From positions 41,609-105,608 of IMG/VR virus record IMGVR_UViG_3300006467_000134: DNA of 64,000 bases, one strand, 5' to 3'. Below the pieces are notes generated by a model. It searched no databases. It was not told the origin of the DNA and was given only the letters and a program-made list of their open reading frames with translations. Each line of letters opens with the position of its first letter. Position 1 is the first letter of the stretch. Made by a program: the position numbers and the translations under genes. Origin of the DNA: a virus (Duplodnaviria > Caudoviricetes). Below are positions 55,751 to 64,000 of this stretch, piece by piece.

Positions 55751-58700
55751 TTAGAAAGTTAAACCAGCACCAAAGTGGTTACACAAGTTCTTAATGCGTA
55801 CATAAAGCTTGGCTCTCTGCTCTTTACTCAGAGTCTCTTTACCGATAATGATAAGTGGAGTTCTGAAGGCACCTGTTCCAGCCGGAGAGCCGCTTCTGTT
55901 GAGGGTAAATAACCAAAGGTCGTTTACTCCTCCGGGTACACGAATGTTTGTCCCAGATTGAATGGTATCTACTGCTGTGGTGTTGGAGTACACTGATTGG
56001 TCAGACCAGTCAGACATATCTCCGATGAGAACATTAGGGAAGTAATCAGGGTAGTTTTCTACCCTACCTCCATTGCCTCCTCCAGTAGAGTTATTGGCAA
56101 CAGCTAGCTCAGTGGCAGTGCCTGTAGTTCCTACTCTATAAACAGAGTCATTGACGTTCTTTTCAACACCTACTAACACTTTGTAAGTGCGTTCATCAAT
56201 TTCGGTAAGCACTGATGCAAAGTACCCAGCATCGACAGGAATGGCATCGTCTAAAAGCCCAGTCTCAAGATACGAGCTGCTGTCGCCTTTAAGGCCAAGT
56301 AAAGTGCCGGTGGCATTGTAGTCACCTGCTGCAAATCCGTTGTTTGTCAACGAACTGCCCGCAGGACCATAATACTTAAGCTTCTCAGTAACTCCGTCAA
56401 AGCTGCCGCCGAGGAACAAGTAAGCCTCTAGAACAGTGCTCCATAGTCCGTCATCTTGCATACCTTGCACAAACTCATCGATGGCTTTGGTGTCTGCTTC
56501 GTAGTCCGAGAAAGTACCGCCAGCGTCAGAGAACCTAGTAAGGTAATCATTAGTGGCTGAGCGAAACTTCTGGATACTGAAGCGAGCTTCGTATTTAGGT
56601 TTGACAGTACCAATTACTACGTCACCTGTGGGTTCGCCTTCGGTATAAGGGTCTAGAACTAAGTCGCCGGGAACAGAGATGTTAGGAGGCAGAGCCTCTA
56701 CCACTGGAGCAAAGTTTACCTTTGACTCAGCATAGTTATACCAAGGTCCAGCAGGATTGGTCAGTGTGTTGCCGAGATCGTCGGTGCCATCGGCTGCGAG
56801 TGATGCTGGGATTCGGACGTTTTCTAGTGGCGTGTCGGTGGTTGGGTAGTATGGATAGTCCGAAGGAAAATCTGTCACTCCCTTAACGATCTGCATTTCC
56901 CTGTACCAGTACGAAACAGACGCGTCCCCTGTGTAGCTTCCGTTTGCCCGATGTCGCCAGTTGATAAAGTTATTTGTCCCACCCATCGTTCCGCCGACTT
57001 CGCACCGGTAGGTGTTAGGAGCTATTTCGACGATGGACGCATTAACATAACTTCCGCTAAGCGAAGCGGTGACATTTTCAAAGTCAAACTCAACCGACCC
57101 AACACCGTCAGAAGCAACGTGGAGATTGGTTGCCGTTGTTGTGTAAACAACAAACCGAACAGCCCATGATGTACTAGCGAGAATTGGATGCCGTACCCTG
57201 TGTTGCCCCGTTGTTTCATCTTCGGTAGCAACTTGCCAGTCGCCGGAAGTCGTTACGGTCATATCTAAGGTTTGCCAGTCGCCATTCGTCGGGTCGCCAA
57301 ACTCATCCGAATAAAGTGCTTCGTTCCACGCCAAACTGAAACCCTCATCCCAGTTGACGTTTTCCCCAAGCGTCATCGTGCCCCAGTTCGATGCCGCATT
57401 GGTGATGTCGAGCCACGTTTGCGAAACACGTTCACGAACACGGGTTCCAGCACCTTCGGCACATGGGACATCAACGACTTTCGTTCCGTCAGTCCAGAAT
57501 TCGAAATTCGACAACTTACCTTCAAACGGTGCATTTGTGGCTTCCGAGTTTGCACCCAAACGCCATGCGGTCGAAACATTCAACACGCCAGAAACGGTGT
57601 CTGAATACCGTTCAACTTCATCGACATATAGAGTCCGATCCCCACCAGAAACAACAAGCCGAACCGTGTGATCAGCACCGTCGTTAATCGAATACGAAAC
57701 CGTTGGTGACGAACTGTTGTGTTGAAATGACAGATTCCCAGAACTGTTTGTCAGAATTCGGAATCCATCCGTTCCGCTGTCTCGCCAACCGAAAATTACA
57801 TAATTTGCAGCAGCCCCTGTCGTGTTCACAACGAAGCTGATTTCATAGTCGGTAACGTCGCCGCTAATCACGTTCCCAGTGACATACTGAGAACTCGCAC
57901 TTGCCAACACCAACGCACTATGTTCAACCACTTCCGGCTTCCACGGACAGATGCCGGTATTGTCAGCATCGTTCTCATTGATGTCTTTCGTCAGATCAGT
58001 TGACAAGACTGGAAGTAGCGTTCCGATTGGTTGGTCATCAATAGCTTGGAATTCGGTGATTATTGAACCGGCTTCGAATTGGAATTCAGCACGATAGTCG
58101 GTTCCAATGTCTCCGTATCGGTTCATAAAGATTGTACTGCCCCAAGCGCCAGAGATAGTCCCAGTTCTGAAGGTAATGAACAATTGAACCCAGTCACCGT
58201 CAGTTGCAGCGACACCGTGAGCGAGGGTTACTCCTCCTTTATTCTTAATTCCACTTGTGCTTGTTGTGTTACTTGTCCAGTTGTACGCGAGCTGGAATCT
58301 GTCTCCGGCAAATCCATTTGTGTCAATCTCGAATGTCGATGTGTTTTTTGTTCCCTGCTTAACCCACACCGAGGCGGTATAAATCGAATCAGGAGATGTC
58401 GAGTTACTGCCCCATCCAAGTGACGTGTTTACTGAAATGTAGACATGATCTGACAAGCCGGACGTTGGTTGGTTAAGTAGAACAGCCGTGTTGCCTCCAT
58501 GCCGGTCGGTTTGCCCTCCAGTAAATTCAGAGTTTCCTGACGTTATCCAAAGCCCAGCACCTGTTGGATAATCCCCAAGTGTTAAAGGGATTTGATTTCG
58601 AACTGTCGAAAACCCAACAGTGTTGTGGTAGCTGTATGGGATGTCTTGATCGCTGTAGACAGTTGGCGAGTTTTGCCAGATGATGTAGTTTTCGTTTCCT

Positions 58701-59464
58701 GAACAGTCGATCCCGATCACTTGCGAATTATCGTCAAGGTGCCAACGATGATAGATTTCAGAATCAGGATCGAAATTGGGGTTTGTTCCAGATAAACCAA
58801 ACGTTCGAATAAACTCTAGTTCGGATGCCGACAATGCACGGTTGACGATGCCACAATCGAACAGTTTTCCGTTGTGATAATTCGACAGACCGCCGCCACC
58901 AATATTGGAACACCCGAAACCATAATTTTCATCTGTCGTGGCAACCGTTGCTGACGTTGCAGATGAGGTCGATTCTGAATCTCCATTGACGTACATAATG
59001 TGGTCCTGAAGATTGTCCCCGTCTAACACCACTGCCCAAAAGAACCATTCACCAACAGTGCAAACAAGTGACGATTCGTAGAAGTTGCTGTTTATCTCAA
59101 CACGAAGAACATCTGAAACAGAAACAGCCCGGACAGCCCATCTTTGGCTTGCTGTGCTTGGGTGCCCCATGTTGAAAAAGCTGTTATTCGTTGAAGCGTC
59201 ACGCTTCGCCCATCCCCAAACAGTTCGGTTCTGCGAACCACTGATTCCAAGATTGTCAATCGTTCCATATTGGCTCGATCCGTTCAGTTCAATCGCATAC
59301 TTCGGAACTAGGTCACGATCTGTACCCAGACCTACACGCTCGTCTTTCAGAGTATTGTCGGACTGTATTCCTTGGTTTACAAGCCATGCACCTTCGCTAT
59401 TATCTACGGTCAGCAGCTTGTTTGAGCCGGGGATTCCCAGCAATTTGCCGATGGTACTTGGCAT
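55751..59464 (-). CDS. Large LamG/ConA-like multidomain adhesin (head spike/fibre-like)
   Basis: Two LamG-like domains (GEWFFWAVV...MYVNG...RALSASE; DGADHTV...LYVD...FEGKLSNF), each followed by a carbohydrate-binding-like domain. Confidence 0.75.
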   Translation of the reverse strand: MPSTIGKLLGIPGSNKLLTVDNSEGAWLVNQGIQSDNTLKDERVGLGTDRDLVPKYAIELNGSSQYGTIDNLGISGSQNRTVWGWAKRDASTNNSFFNMGHPSTASQRWAVRAVSVSDVLRVEINSNFYESSLVCTVGEWFFWAVVLDGDNLQDHIMYVNGDSESTSSATSATVATTDENYGFGCSNIGGGGLSNYHNGKLFDCGIVNRALSASELEFIRTFGLSGTNPNFDPDSEIYHRWHLDDNSQVIGIDCSGNENYIIWQNSPTVYSDQDIPYSYHNTVGFSTVRNQIPLTLGDYPTGAGLWITSGNSEFTGGQTDRHGGNTAVLLNQPTSGLSDHVYISVNTSLGWGSNSTSPDSIYTASVWVKQGTKNTSTFEIDTNGFAGDRFQLAYNWTSNTTSTSGIKNKGGVTLAHGVAATDGDWVQLFITFRTGTISGAWGSTIFMNRYGDIGTDYRAEFQFEAGSIITEFQAIDDQPIGTLLPVLSTDLTKDINENDADNTGICPWKPEVVEHSALVLASASSQYVTGNVISGDVTDYEISFVVNTTGAAANYVIFGWRDSGTDGFRILTNSSGNLSFQHNSSSPTVSYSINDGADHTVRLVVSGGDRTLYVDEVERYSDTVSGVLNVSTAWRLGANSEATNAPFEGKLSNFEFWTDGTKVVDVPCAEGAGTRVRERVSQTWLDITNAASNWGTMTLGENVNWDEGFSLAWNEALYSDEFGDPTNGDWQTLDMTVTTSGDWQVATEDETTGQHRVRHPILASTSWAVRFVVYTTTATNLHVASDGVGSVEFDFENVTASLSGSYVNASIVEIAPNTYRCEVGGTMGGTNNFINWRHRANGSYTGDASVSYWYREMQIVKGVTDFPSDYPYYPTTDTPLENVRIPASLAADGTDDLGNTLTNPAGPWYNYAESKVNFAPVVEALPPNISVPGDLVLDPYTEGEPTGDVVIGTVKPKYEARFSIQKFRSATNDYLTRFSDAGGTFSDYEADTKAIDEFVQGMQDDGLWSTVLEAYLFLGGSFDGVTEKLKYYGPAGSSLTNNGFAAGDYNATGTLLGLKGDSSSYLETGLLDDAIPVDAGYFASVLTEIDERTYKVLVGVEKNVNDSVYRVGTTGTATELAVANNSTGGGNGGRVENYPDYFPNVLIGDMSDWSDQSVYSNTTAVDTIQSGTNIRVPGGVNDLWLFTLNRSGSPAGTGAFRTPLIIIGKETLSKEQRAKLYVRIKNLCNHFGAGLTF

Positions 59465-59475
59465 GTAAAGGTTCC

Positions 59476-60297
59476 TTATTCGTCCTGAGGAAGCTCCTCA
59501 AGCATTTTTCCAATGACGTAAGGCTTTTCCCCAATAATGATTGGTGTTTTCTTGAAGGTACCCTTTATGAACTGGGTACATTGAGGATTAGCAATTTCTT
59601 TTCGCACCTCATCAGTAAAGACAATAGGTGCTCCGACTTTTAATACTCTCTCGTCCTGCTCAATAAACTCGGAGGCTTGCTCAAACGAGTACATTCCAAG
59701 GATGTTAATCCCTTGCCAGAACGATGAACGTTGAACACTGAAGAACCTGCAATATTCATCGTTTAGGTACCATCGATCAGCGGACATATCATGAATCCAG
59801 GCAGGACCTGAGAAGACATTATTGAAAACTTGCTCAAGTAATGTCTTACTATCGGTGATGGCTGGGTTTTCCTCATAGAACCGAATTAGGTTCTTGCATT
59901 CTTCTAGATCATCTCTGCACCCAGCTACCGCGGTATTGAGATCAGCGTTCGCCTGGATCAATACCTTAATTTGCTCTGCCATTTGCTCAAAGGTAGATTT
60001 GTTTTGCTCTTTGAGCTCTCGGTAATAATCAATCATTACCTGATGTTCTGATTTCTTGAGCTCGGCCTGCATTTCTGCCTTTACCTTCTCAATTTCACGA
60101 GCCTTATCTACTTCTTTCTGAAGGAGCTCATTTTCATACTCTGCTTTTTTCTTTTTGGCTTCCTGCCGTTCCTTGTACCAAAAACCGACTCCTGTGATTA
60201 TACTACTGAGAATAATTCCCCCAATAGTTACCCATGGAATTGATCCGTCCGGATTTGCTTGTAATGGGATTTCGGTTTGGGCTAGTAGTTCAAACAT
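59476..60297 (-). CDS. Membrane-anchored coiled-coil protein with C-terminal PAS-like domain
   Basis: N-terminal TM, coiled coil, then PAWIHD...YLNDEYCRFF...G......F.EQDERVL..G.PI.F.DE...KKTPI. Confidence 0.7.
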   Translation of the reverse strand: MFELLAQTEIPLQANPDGSIPWVTIGGIILSSIITGVGFWYKERQEAKKKKAEYENELLQKEVDKAREIEKVKAEMQAELKKSEHQVMIDYYRELKEQNKSTFEQMAEQIKVLIQANADLNTAVAGCRDDLEECKNLIRFYEENPAITDSKTLLEQVFNNVFSGPAWIHDMSADRWYLNDEYCRFFSVQRSSFWQGINILGMYSFEQASEFIEQDERVLKVGAPIVFTDEVRKEIANPQCTQFIKGTFKKTPIIIGEKPYVIGKMLEELPQDE

Positions 60298-60358
60298 GGT
60301 GATGACCTATATTGGGCCGGCGAGGGGCGTAACTTATTTACTGTTAGGACAAAAAGAA

Positions 60359-61008
60359 TGCCTCGTGCTGCAGGTATACAAAGGTGGGCAACCCAGATTT
60401 GATTACAACTGAGTATGCTAGGCAGAAAAAGAGCGAAGCGAATGAGAAATCCGACTTGGTTTTTACCAATAGGGTATCAAGGAAAAGAACATGGTGTGAC
60501 AAGCGTCGAGCTGTCACTACATACTCTGATTGGGAACCTGTTGGGCGTTCACTACATCCCAGGTGATACACCGGGCTACGATACGTAGCTCTGTATTATC
60601 TTAGGCTACGCGAAAGCGGCTCCCGCCTGCTTTATCTCTGTAGGTAGTGGATCCTATATTGGAGAACCTGTCGGTTTTTTCACTTACACTTCGTTCCAGT
60701 TAGTATTACTAGGCGTAGCCAGGCTTTTGTTAAAAGCTAGGCTTGCCAGGCAACCTTACGATTGCAAAGCAATACCGGATGACCATTAGATAAGACGTTC
60801 GTCCCATGGTCATAAAAAAGGTGTTAGAGCACCGTAAAACTCTCTTGGAAAACACCATATCAACAGGTGTCACCGGGTTACTCCCGTAGGGGTTGGCTGG
60901 GTTCTGATTACCACCAGCACTGTTTTCCTCAATCTTACTCACGACCCTTTTGAGCGGGCAGATAGTCACTGGTAAGATACTTGTGACTGTCCAAAGTAGA
61001 GATGGACG
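60359..61008 (+). ncRNA. Candidate large structured non-coding RNA (family unknown)
   Basis: No credible ORF. More than 15 helices found by eye, including long-range 60431-60455/60670-60696 and 60604-60611/60713-60720, with numerous G-U pairs on the plus strand. Confidence 0.6.
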
Positions 61009-61013
61009 CTAAC

Positions 61014-61042
61014 ATTATACCAATCGGTAGATATTAGGTCAA
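61014..61042 (-). promoter_or_regulatory. Sigma70-type promoter pointing into the virion operon
   Basis: TTGACC (61042-61037), 17 bp spacer, TATAAT (61019-61014). Confidence 0.8.
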
Positions 61043-61070
61043 GCAGAAAACGGAATATTAGAGAATTTTA

Positions 61071-61107
61071 AAGAAAAAACCCTCAAAGGATGATCCCCTG
61101 AGGGTTT
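61071..61107 (-). terminator. Intrinsic terminator insulating the leftward promoter
   Basis: AAACCCTCAGGGGA-TCA-TCCTTTGAGGGTTT followed by TTTCTTT on the minus strand. Confidence 0.65.
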
Positions 61108-61202
61108 AGCTGCTCGTAACATAAGTGCCAGGCTGTGAATAATTCCCAGAGCGTAGAGTTCGGGTCGGTTTGACCAATTTTGGGAATTTTCTTGAAAACT
61201 AG

Positions 61203-61231
61203 TTGACTTATTTTCCGCAGTTCGGTATAAT
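61203..61231 (+). promoter_or_regulatory. Sigma70-type promoter for the rightward unit
   Basis: TTGACT (61203-61208), 17 bp spacer, TATAAT (61226-61231). Confidence 0.82.
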
Positions 61232-61370
61232 GTAGGAAAATCCCACAAAATGCCATAAAAGCCGGGCCTCTACTTGTTAGTACGCCCTTAGACGAGCAAA
61301 TCTACAAGAAACCGAGAAATTTCTGTATTTTCTCCATTTTTCTCTAAACTCTAGCTTTGGGTGCTATTTT

Positions 61371-61862
61371 GTGACTCTTCTGCAGGAAATTAACAAACAA
61401 TTCGGCAATTGGGACTCTTTCTACGAAATACATGAGTCCTTCATTCGTCAAAAGTTCTCCGAGACTACCAGGTCGCCAAAAACAGGCGATGCTTATGATA
61501 CCGCTTTAGCTGAGGGGTACATTCGCTGTTGCTCACAAGATCCAGATGTATCTATGGAAATTCACGAGCAATTCGCCCGCATGGTTATTGGTGGTCATAA
61601 TGCTGAGCGATCCAGGGAAAACCGTCACCGCTTTCGACAAACCTCCCGGGATGAGTTGAATTACCACACCGCTGATGTACACCAAGTTAGAAGCTACCAC
61701 GCCAAGATTGAAGAGCTGGAAGCTAAACTAAACCCTACTGAGTACAAGGTGGCTATGTATTTCTTTGTTCACGAGTGGACACGCACCCAAATAGCCAAAG
61801 AATTGAATATCGATTCACGAAAAGTTTCTTCCATCATTTCCCACGTAAAGAAAATTGCTTAA
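61371..61862 (+). CDS. Sigma-factor-like protein (region 4 HTH)
   Basis: C-terminal LNPTEYKVAMYFFVHEWTRTQIAKELNIDSRKVSSI. Confidence 0.65.
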   Translation: MTLLQEINKQFGNWDSFYEIHESFIRQKFSETTRSPKTGDAYDTALAEGYIRCCSQDPDVSMEIHEQFARMVIGGHNAERSRENRHRFRQTSRDELNYHTADVHQVRSYHAKIEELEAKLNPTEYKVAMYFFVHEWTRTQIAKELNIDSRKVSSIISHVKKIA

Positions 61863-63746
61863 ATGTCTGACGTATCAAATCAGATTCTCTCCGATATCAC
61901 AGTCTGGATGAAATATTCTCGGTATCTTCCAAACAAGCGTAGGCGTGAAACTTGGGAAGAGCTGGTAACTAGCAACAAAGAGATGCACCAGCGAAAATAC
62001 CCTGAGATCTCCGATGAGATTGAGGAAGCATACAAGTTTGTCTACGAGAAGAAAGTTCTTCCGTCGATGCGATCCATGCAGTTTGCTGGTAAGCCGATTG
62101 AGGTTAATCCTGCTCGGATCTATAACTGCTCATTCTTACCCGCGGACTCACCAGATGCTTTTGCCGAGATTATGTTTCTCTTGCTAGGTGGCACTGGTGT
62201 AGGTTTCTCGGTCCAGAAAGCCCACGTACGCCGTCTTCCTCCTGTCATGGGTCCTCTACGACCTGAAGGACGTAAACGGGCTAAGAGGTATCTTGTAGGC
62301 GATTCTATTGAGGGTTGGGCTGACGCTGTAAAGGTACTGGTAGAATCATATTTCTACTCCAAACCAGAAATCGATTTCGACTTCAGCGACATTCGCTCTA
62401 AGGGTACGCAGCTTGTCACAAGTGGTGGTAAGGCTCCTGGTCCCGAACCTCTACGATTATGCCTCACGCATATCAAGAGTATTCTTGAAAATGCTATCCA
62501 GGAGCGTGGTCCTGGAACAAAGCTGAAGCCAATTGAAGTACATGACATTATCTGCCTAATCGCAGATGCTGTTCTGGCTGGTGGTATTCGACGAGCCGCT
62601 TTGATCTCCCTGTTCTCCAAAGACGATAAGGAAATGCTGTTTTGTAAGTCAGGAGCTTGGTGGGAAAAAGCACCATGGCGAGGACGTGCCAACAATTCTG
62701 CTGTTTTTGTTCGGTCTCGGGCCAAGAAAGAGGACTTCGATGACTTTTGGGAAGTCGTCAAGAACTCTGGATCCGGGGAACCAGGAATCTATTTTACCAA
62801 TGATGCGAGCTGGGGAACTAATCCCTGCGTAGAAATTGGTCTCCGTCCATTCCAAATGTGCAACCTGACTGAGATCAACGCAGGGTGTATTGAAACTCAG
62901 GAAGACCTAAACAATGCTGCTCGGGCAGCTTCGTTCATTGGTACACTGCAGGCCGGCTACACTGATTTCCACTACTTGCGTGATGAATGGCAAGAAACCT
63001 GTGAGAAAGATGCGTTGATTGGTGTGTCAATGACAGGCATTTGCTCTGGCAATGTCTTGAGCTTGGATACCACAGAGGCAGCCAATGTAGTAACTCAAGA
63101 AAATGCACGAGTAGCCAAGCTAATTGGAATTAACCCAGCTGCTCGATGCTGTTGTGTTAAGCCAGCCGGTACCACTAGTTTGACATTGGGAACGTCATCT
63201 GGAATTCACGCTTGGCACAATTATTTCTACCTTCGACGAATTCGTGTTAACAAGAACGAAGCCATCTATAAGTACTTGTTGAGGCATCATCCAGAGCTTG
63301 TAGAAGATGAGTCGTTCGATCCACTGAACACCGCGGTAATCACTATTCCTCAGAAGGCTCCAGAAGGGGCTATTCTGCGACATGAAGCTGCCCTTGAAAC
63401 ATTGGCACGGGTCAAACACTTTGCCACTTCCTGGGTTAAGCCTGGTCACAGAACTGGAGTTAATGGACACAACGTAAGTTGCACCATTAGTGTCAAGGAC
63501 GATGAATGGGACTCTGTTGGATCCTGGATGTGGAAGAATCGAGAGCATTACAATGGAATTGCTGTTCTTCCTTACGATGGTGGTACCTACGTACAAGCTC
63601 CATTCGAAGATTGCGACAAAAAGACCTTTGAAAAGCTATCCAAGTCTCTCACAGCTATTGATCTAACCAAGATCAGGGAAACTCAGGATAACACCAACCT
63701 AGCTGGAGAGATTGCTTGTGGACCACAAGGCTGTGAAATTAAGTAA
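61863..63746 (+). CDS. nrdJ: Class II (adenosylcobalamin-dependent) ribonucleotide reductase
   Basis: RRETWEE, LPSMR, YNCSF, GTGVGFSV, GGIRRAALI, TNPCVEI, CNLTEIN, VKPAGT, YVQAPFE, C-terminal CGPQGC. Confidence 0.95.
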   Translation: MSDVSNQILSDITVWMKYSRYLPNKRRRETWEELVTSNKEMHQRKYPEISDEIEEAYKFVYEKKVLPSMRSMQFAGKPIEVNPARIYNCSFLPADSPDAFAEIMFLLLGGTGVGFSVQKAHVRRLPPVMGPLRPEGRKRAKRYLVGDSIEGWADAVKVLVESYFYSKPEIDFDFSDIRSKGTQLVTSGGKAPGPEPLRLCLTHIKSILENAIQERGPGTKLKPIEVHDIICLIADAVLAGGIRRAALISLFSKDDKEMLFCKSGAWWEKAPWRGRANNSAVFVRSRAKKEDFDDFWEVVKNSGSGEPGIYFTNDASWGTNPCVEIGLRPFQMCNLTEINAGCIETQEDLNNAARAASFIGTLQAGYTDFHYLRDEWQETCEKDALIGVSMTGICSGNVLSLDTTEAANVVTQENARVAKLIGINPAARCCCVKPAGTTSLTLGTSSGIHAWHNYFYLRRIRVNKNEAIYKYLLRHHPELVEDESFDPLNTAVITIPQKAPEGAILRHEAALETLARVKHFATSWVKPGHRTGVNGHNVSCTISVKDDEWDSVGSWMWKNREHYNGIAVLPYDGGTYVQAPFEDCDKKTFEKLSKSLTAIDLTKIRETQDNTNLAGEIACGPQGCEIK

Positions 63747-63846
63747 GGAATTTTTACTTTCCCGCGGATCTTGCTGCGGAAATCAATGTTCCAATTGTCC
63801 ATACGTGCCGCGGCACGAGAAGGGTAGTACGAAAACAAATGAGTGA
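63733..63846 (+). CDS. Small Cys-rich protein (DUF5522-like)
   Basis: Not in the ORF track: MKLSKEFLLSRGSCCGNQCSNCPYVPRHEKGSTKTNE*. Confidence 0.7.
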   Translation: MKLSKEFLLSRGSCCGNQCSNCPYVPRHEKGSTKTNE

Positions 63847-64000
63847 CGAACCAGTGATCTATCGATGTTTTTTCAATCGTAGACAAAGGCAGTTTATTGA
63901 CTGTGATCATGTTTTTTCCAGCATCAAAGATTCTTTAGCAGAAGCTGGAATAAAATTTACTGAAGTAGAAAACCAGACTCTCTACTTTCCAGTTAAACAC
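63839..64000 (+). CDS. Hypothetical protein, truncated by the window end
   Basis: ATG 63839 overlaps the previous stop; frame open to 64000. Confidence 0.5.
   Translation, partial: MSDEPVIYRCFFNRRQRQFIDCDHVFSSIKDSLAEAGIKFTEVENQTLYFPVKH

Larger units (their letters stand above)
1..64000. mobile_element. Tailed dsDNA bacteriophage genome segment (Caudoviricetes, siphovirus-like)
   Basis: Terminase, portal, prohead protease, capsid, neck, tail tube, tail chaperone and tape measure in canonical order, plus a phage-type replication module. Genes are densely overlapping, with no host housekeeping genes. Confidence 0.97.

Noticed and set aside
59600-59615. CTGATGA-GGTGC-GAAA hammerhead-like core on the minus strand
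   Set aside because: Lies inside a CDS (TDEVRK); no stems I and III or NUH site could be built
60314-60446. Resemblance to the HDV ribozyme (GGCCGGC...CCTCG...TGGGCAAC...GCGAATG)
   Set aside because: The P1 and P2 complementary strands are missing, and these bases are better explained by the 60359-60424 hairpin and the long-range helix
60344-61248. Short ORFs at 60344-60571, 60384-60566, 60730-60969 and 61039-61248
   Set aside because: Short, no convincing RBS or motif, and they overlap structured elements and promoters
60298-61370. tRNA, tmRNA, group II intron or CRISPR array in the large gap
   Set aside because: No T-arm/acceptor stem (GGGTTCTGATTACCACCA does not form one), no domain V and no regularly spaced repeats
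1-64000. Stop-codon recoding, diversity-generating retroelement or integrase
   Set aside because: Genes are full length in the standard code with TAA, TAG and TGA all used as stops; no reverse transcriptase, TR/VR pair or integrase was recognised

Overview
A 64 kb segment of a large tailed dsDNA phage (siphovirus-like: tail tube, frameshifted tail chaperone and ~1480 aa tape measure, with no sheath gene in the window). Several accessory proteins hint at a Planctomycetota-like aquatic host, but that is inference only. Almost everything is on the minus strand. Bases 1-18.0 kb hold a NAD/nucleotide-metabolism and replication/recombination module: a Prs-like + Nampt-like pair (NARP1-type), NUDIX, RecA, SF2 helicase, PhoH, PolA, SSB, primase, DnaB, DnaC-like and a GIY-YIG-type endonuclease. 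Bases 18.2-60.3 kb hold the virion operon (terminase, portal, protease, capsid, neck, tail), interleaved with four clear glycosyltransferases plus a possible fifth, a Cys/Thr-rich mucin-like protein, a CarF/TMEM189 lipid desaturase and a papain-like protease cluster. A divergent plus-strand unit (sigma-like HTH, class II RNR) starts at 61.4 kb. The two most striking signals are non-coding. First, the AP2-HNH-AP2 endonuclease gene right after the major capsid gene is bracketed by two complete type II hammerhead ribozymes on the coding strand, which would excise a 758-nt RBS+ORF RNA. Second, the ~1 kb gap at 60.3-61.2 kb folds on the plus strand into a densely base-paired, G-U-rich, pseudoknotted structure that looks like a large ncRNA, antisense to the late promoter. 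All family assignments come from motif recognition by eye; no searches were run.
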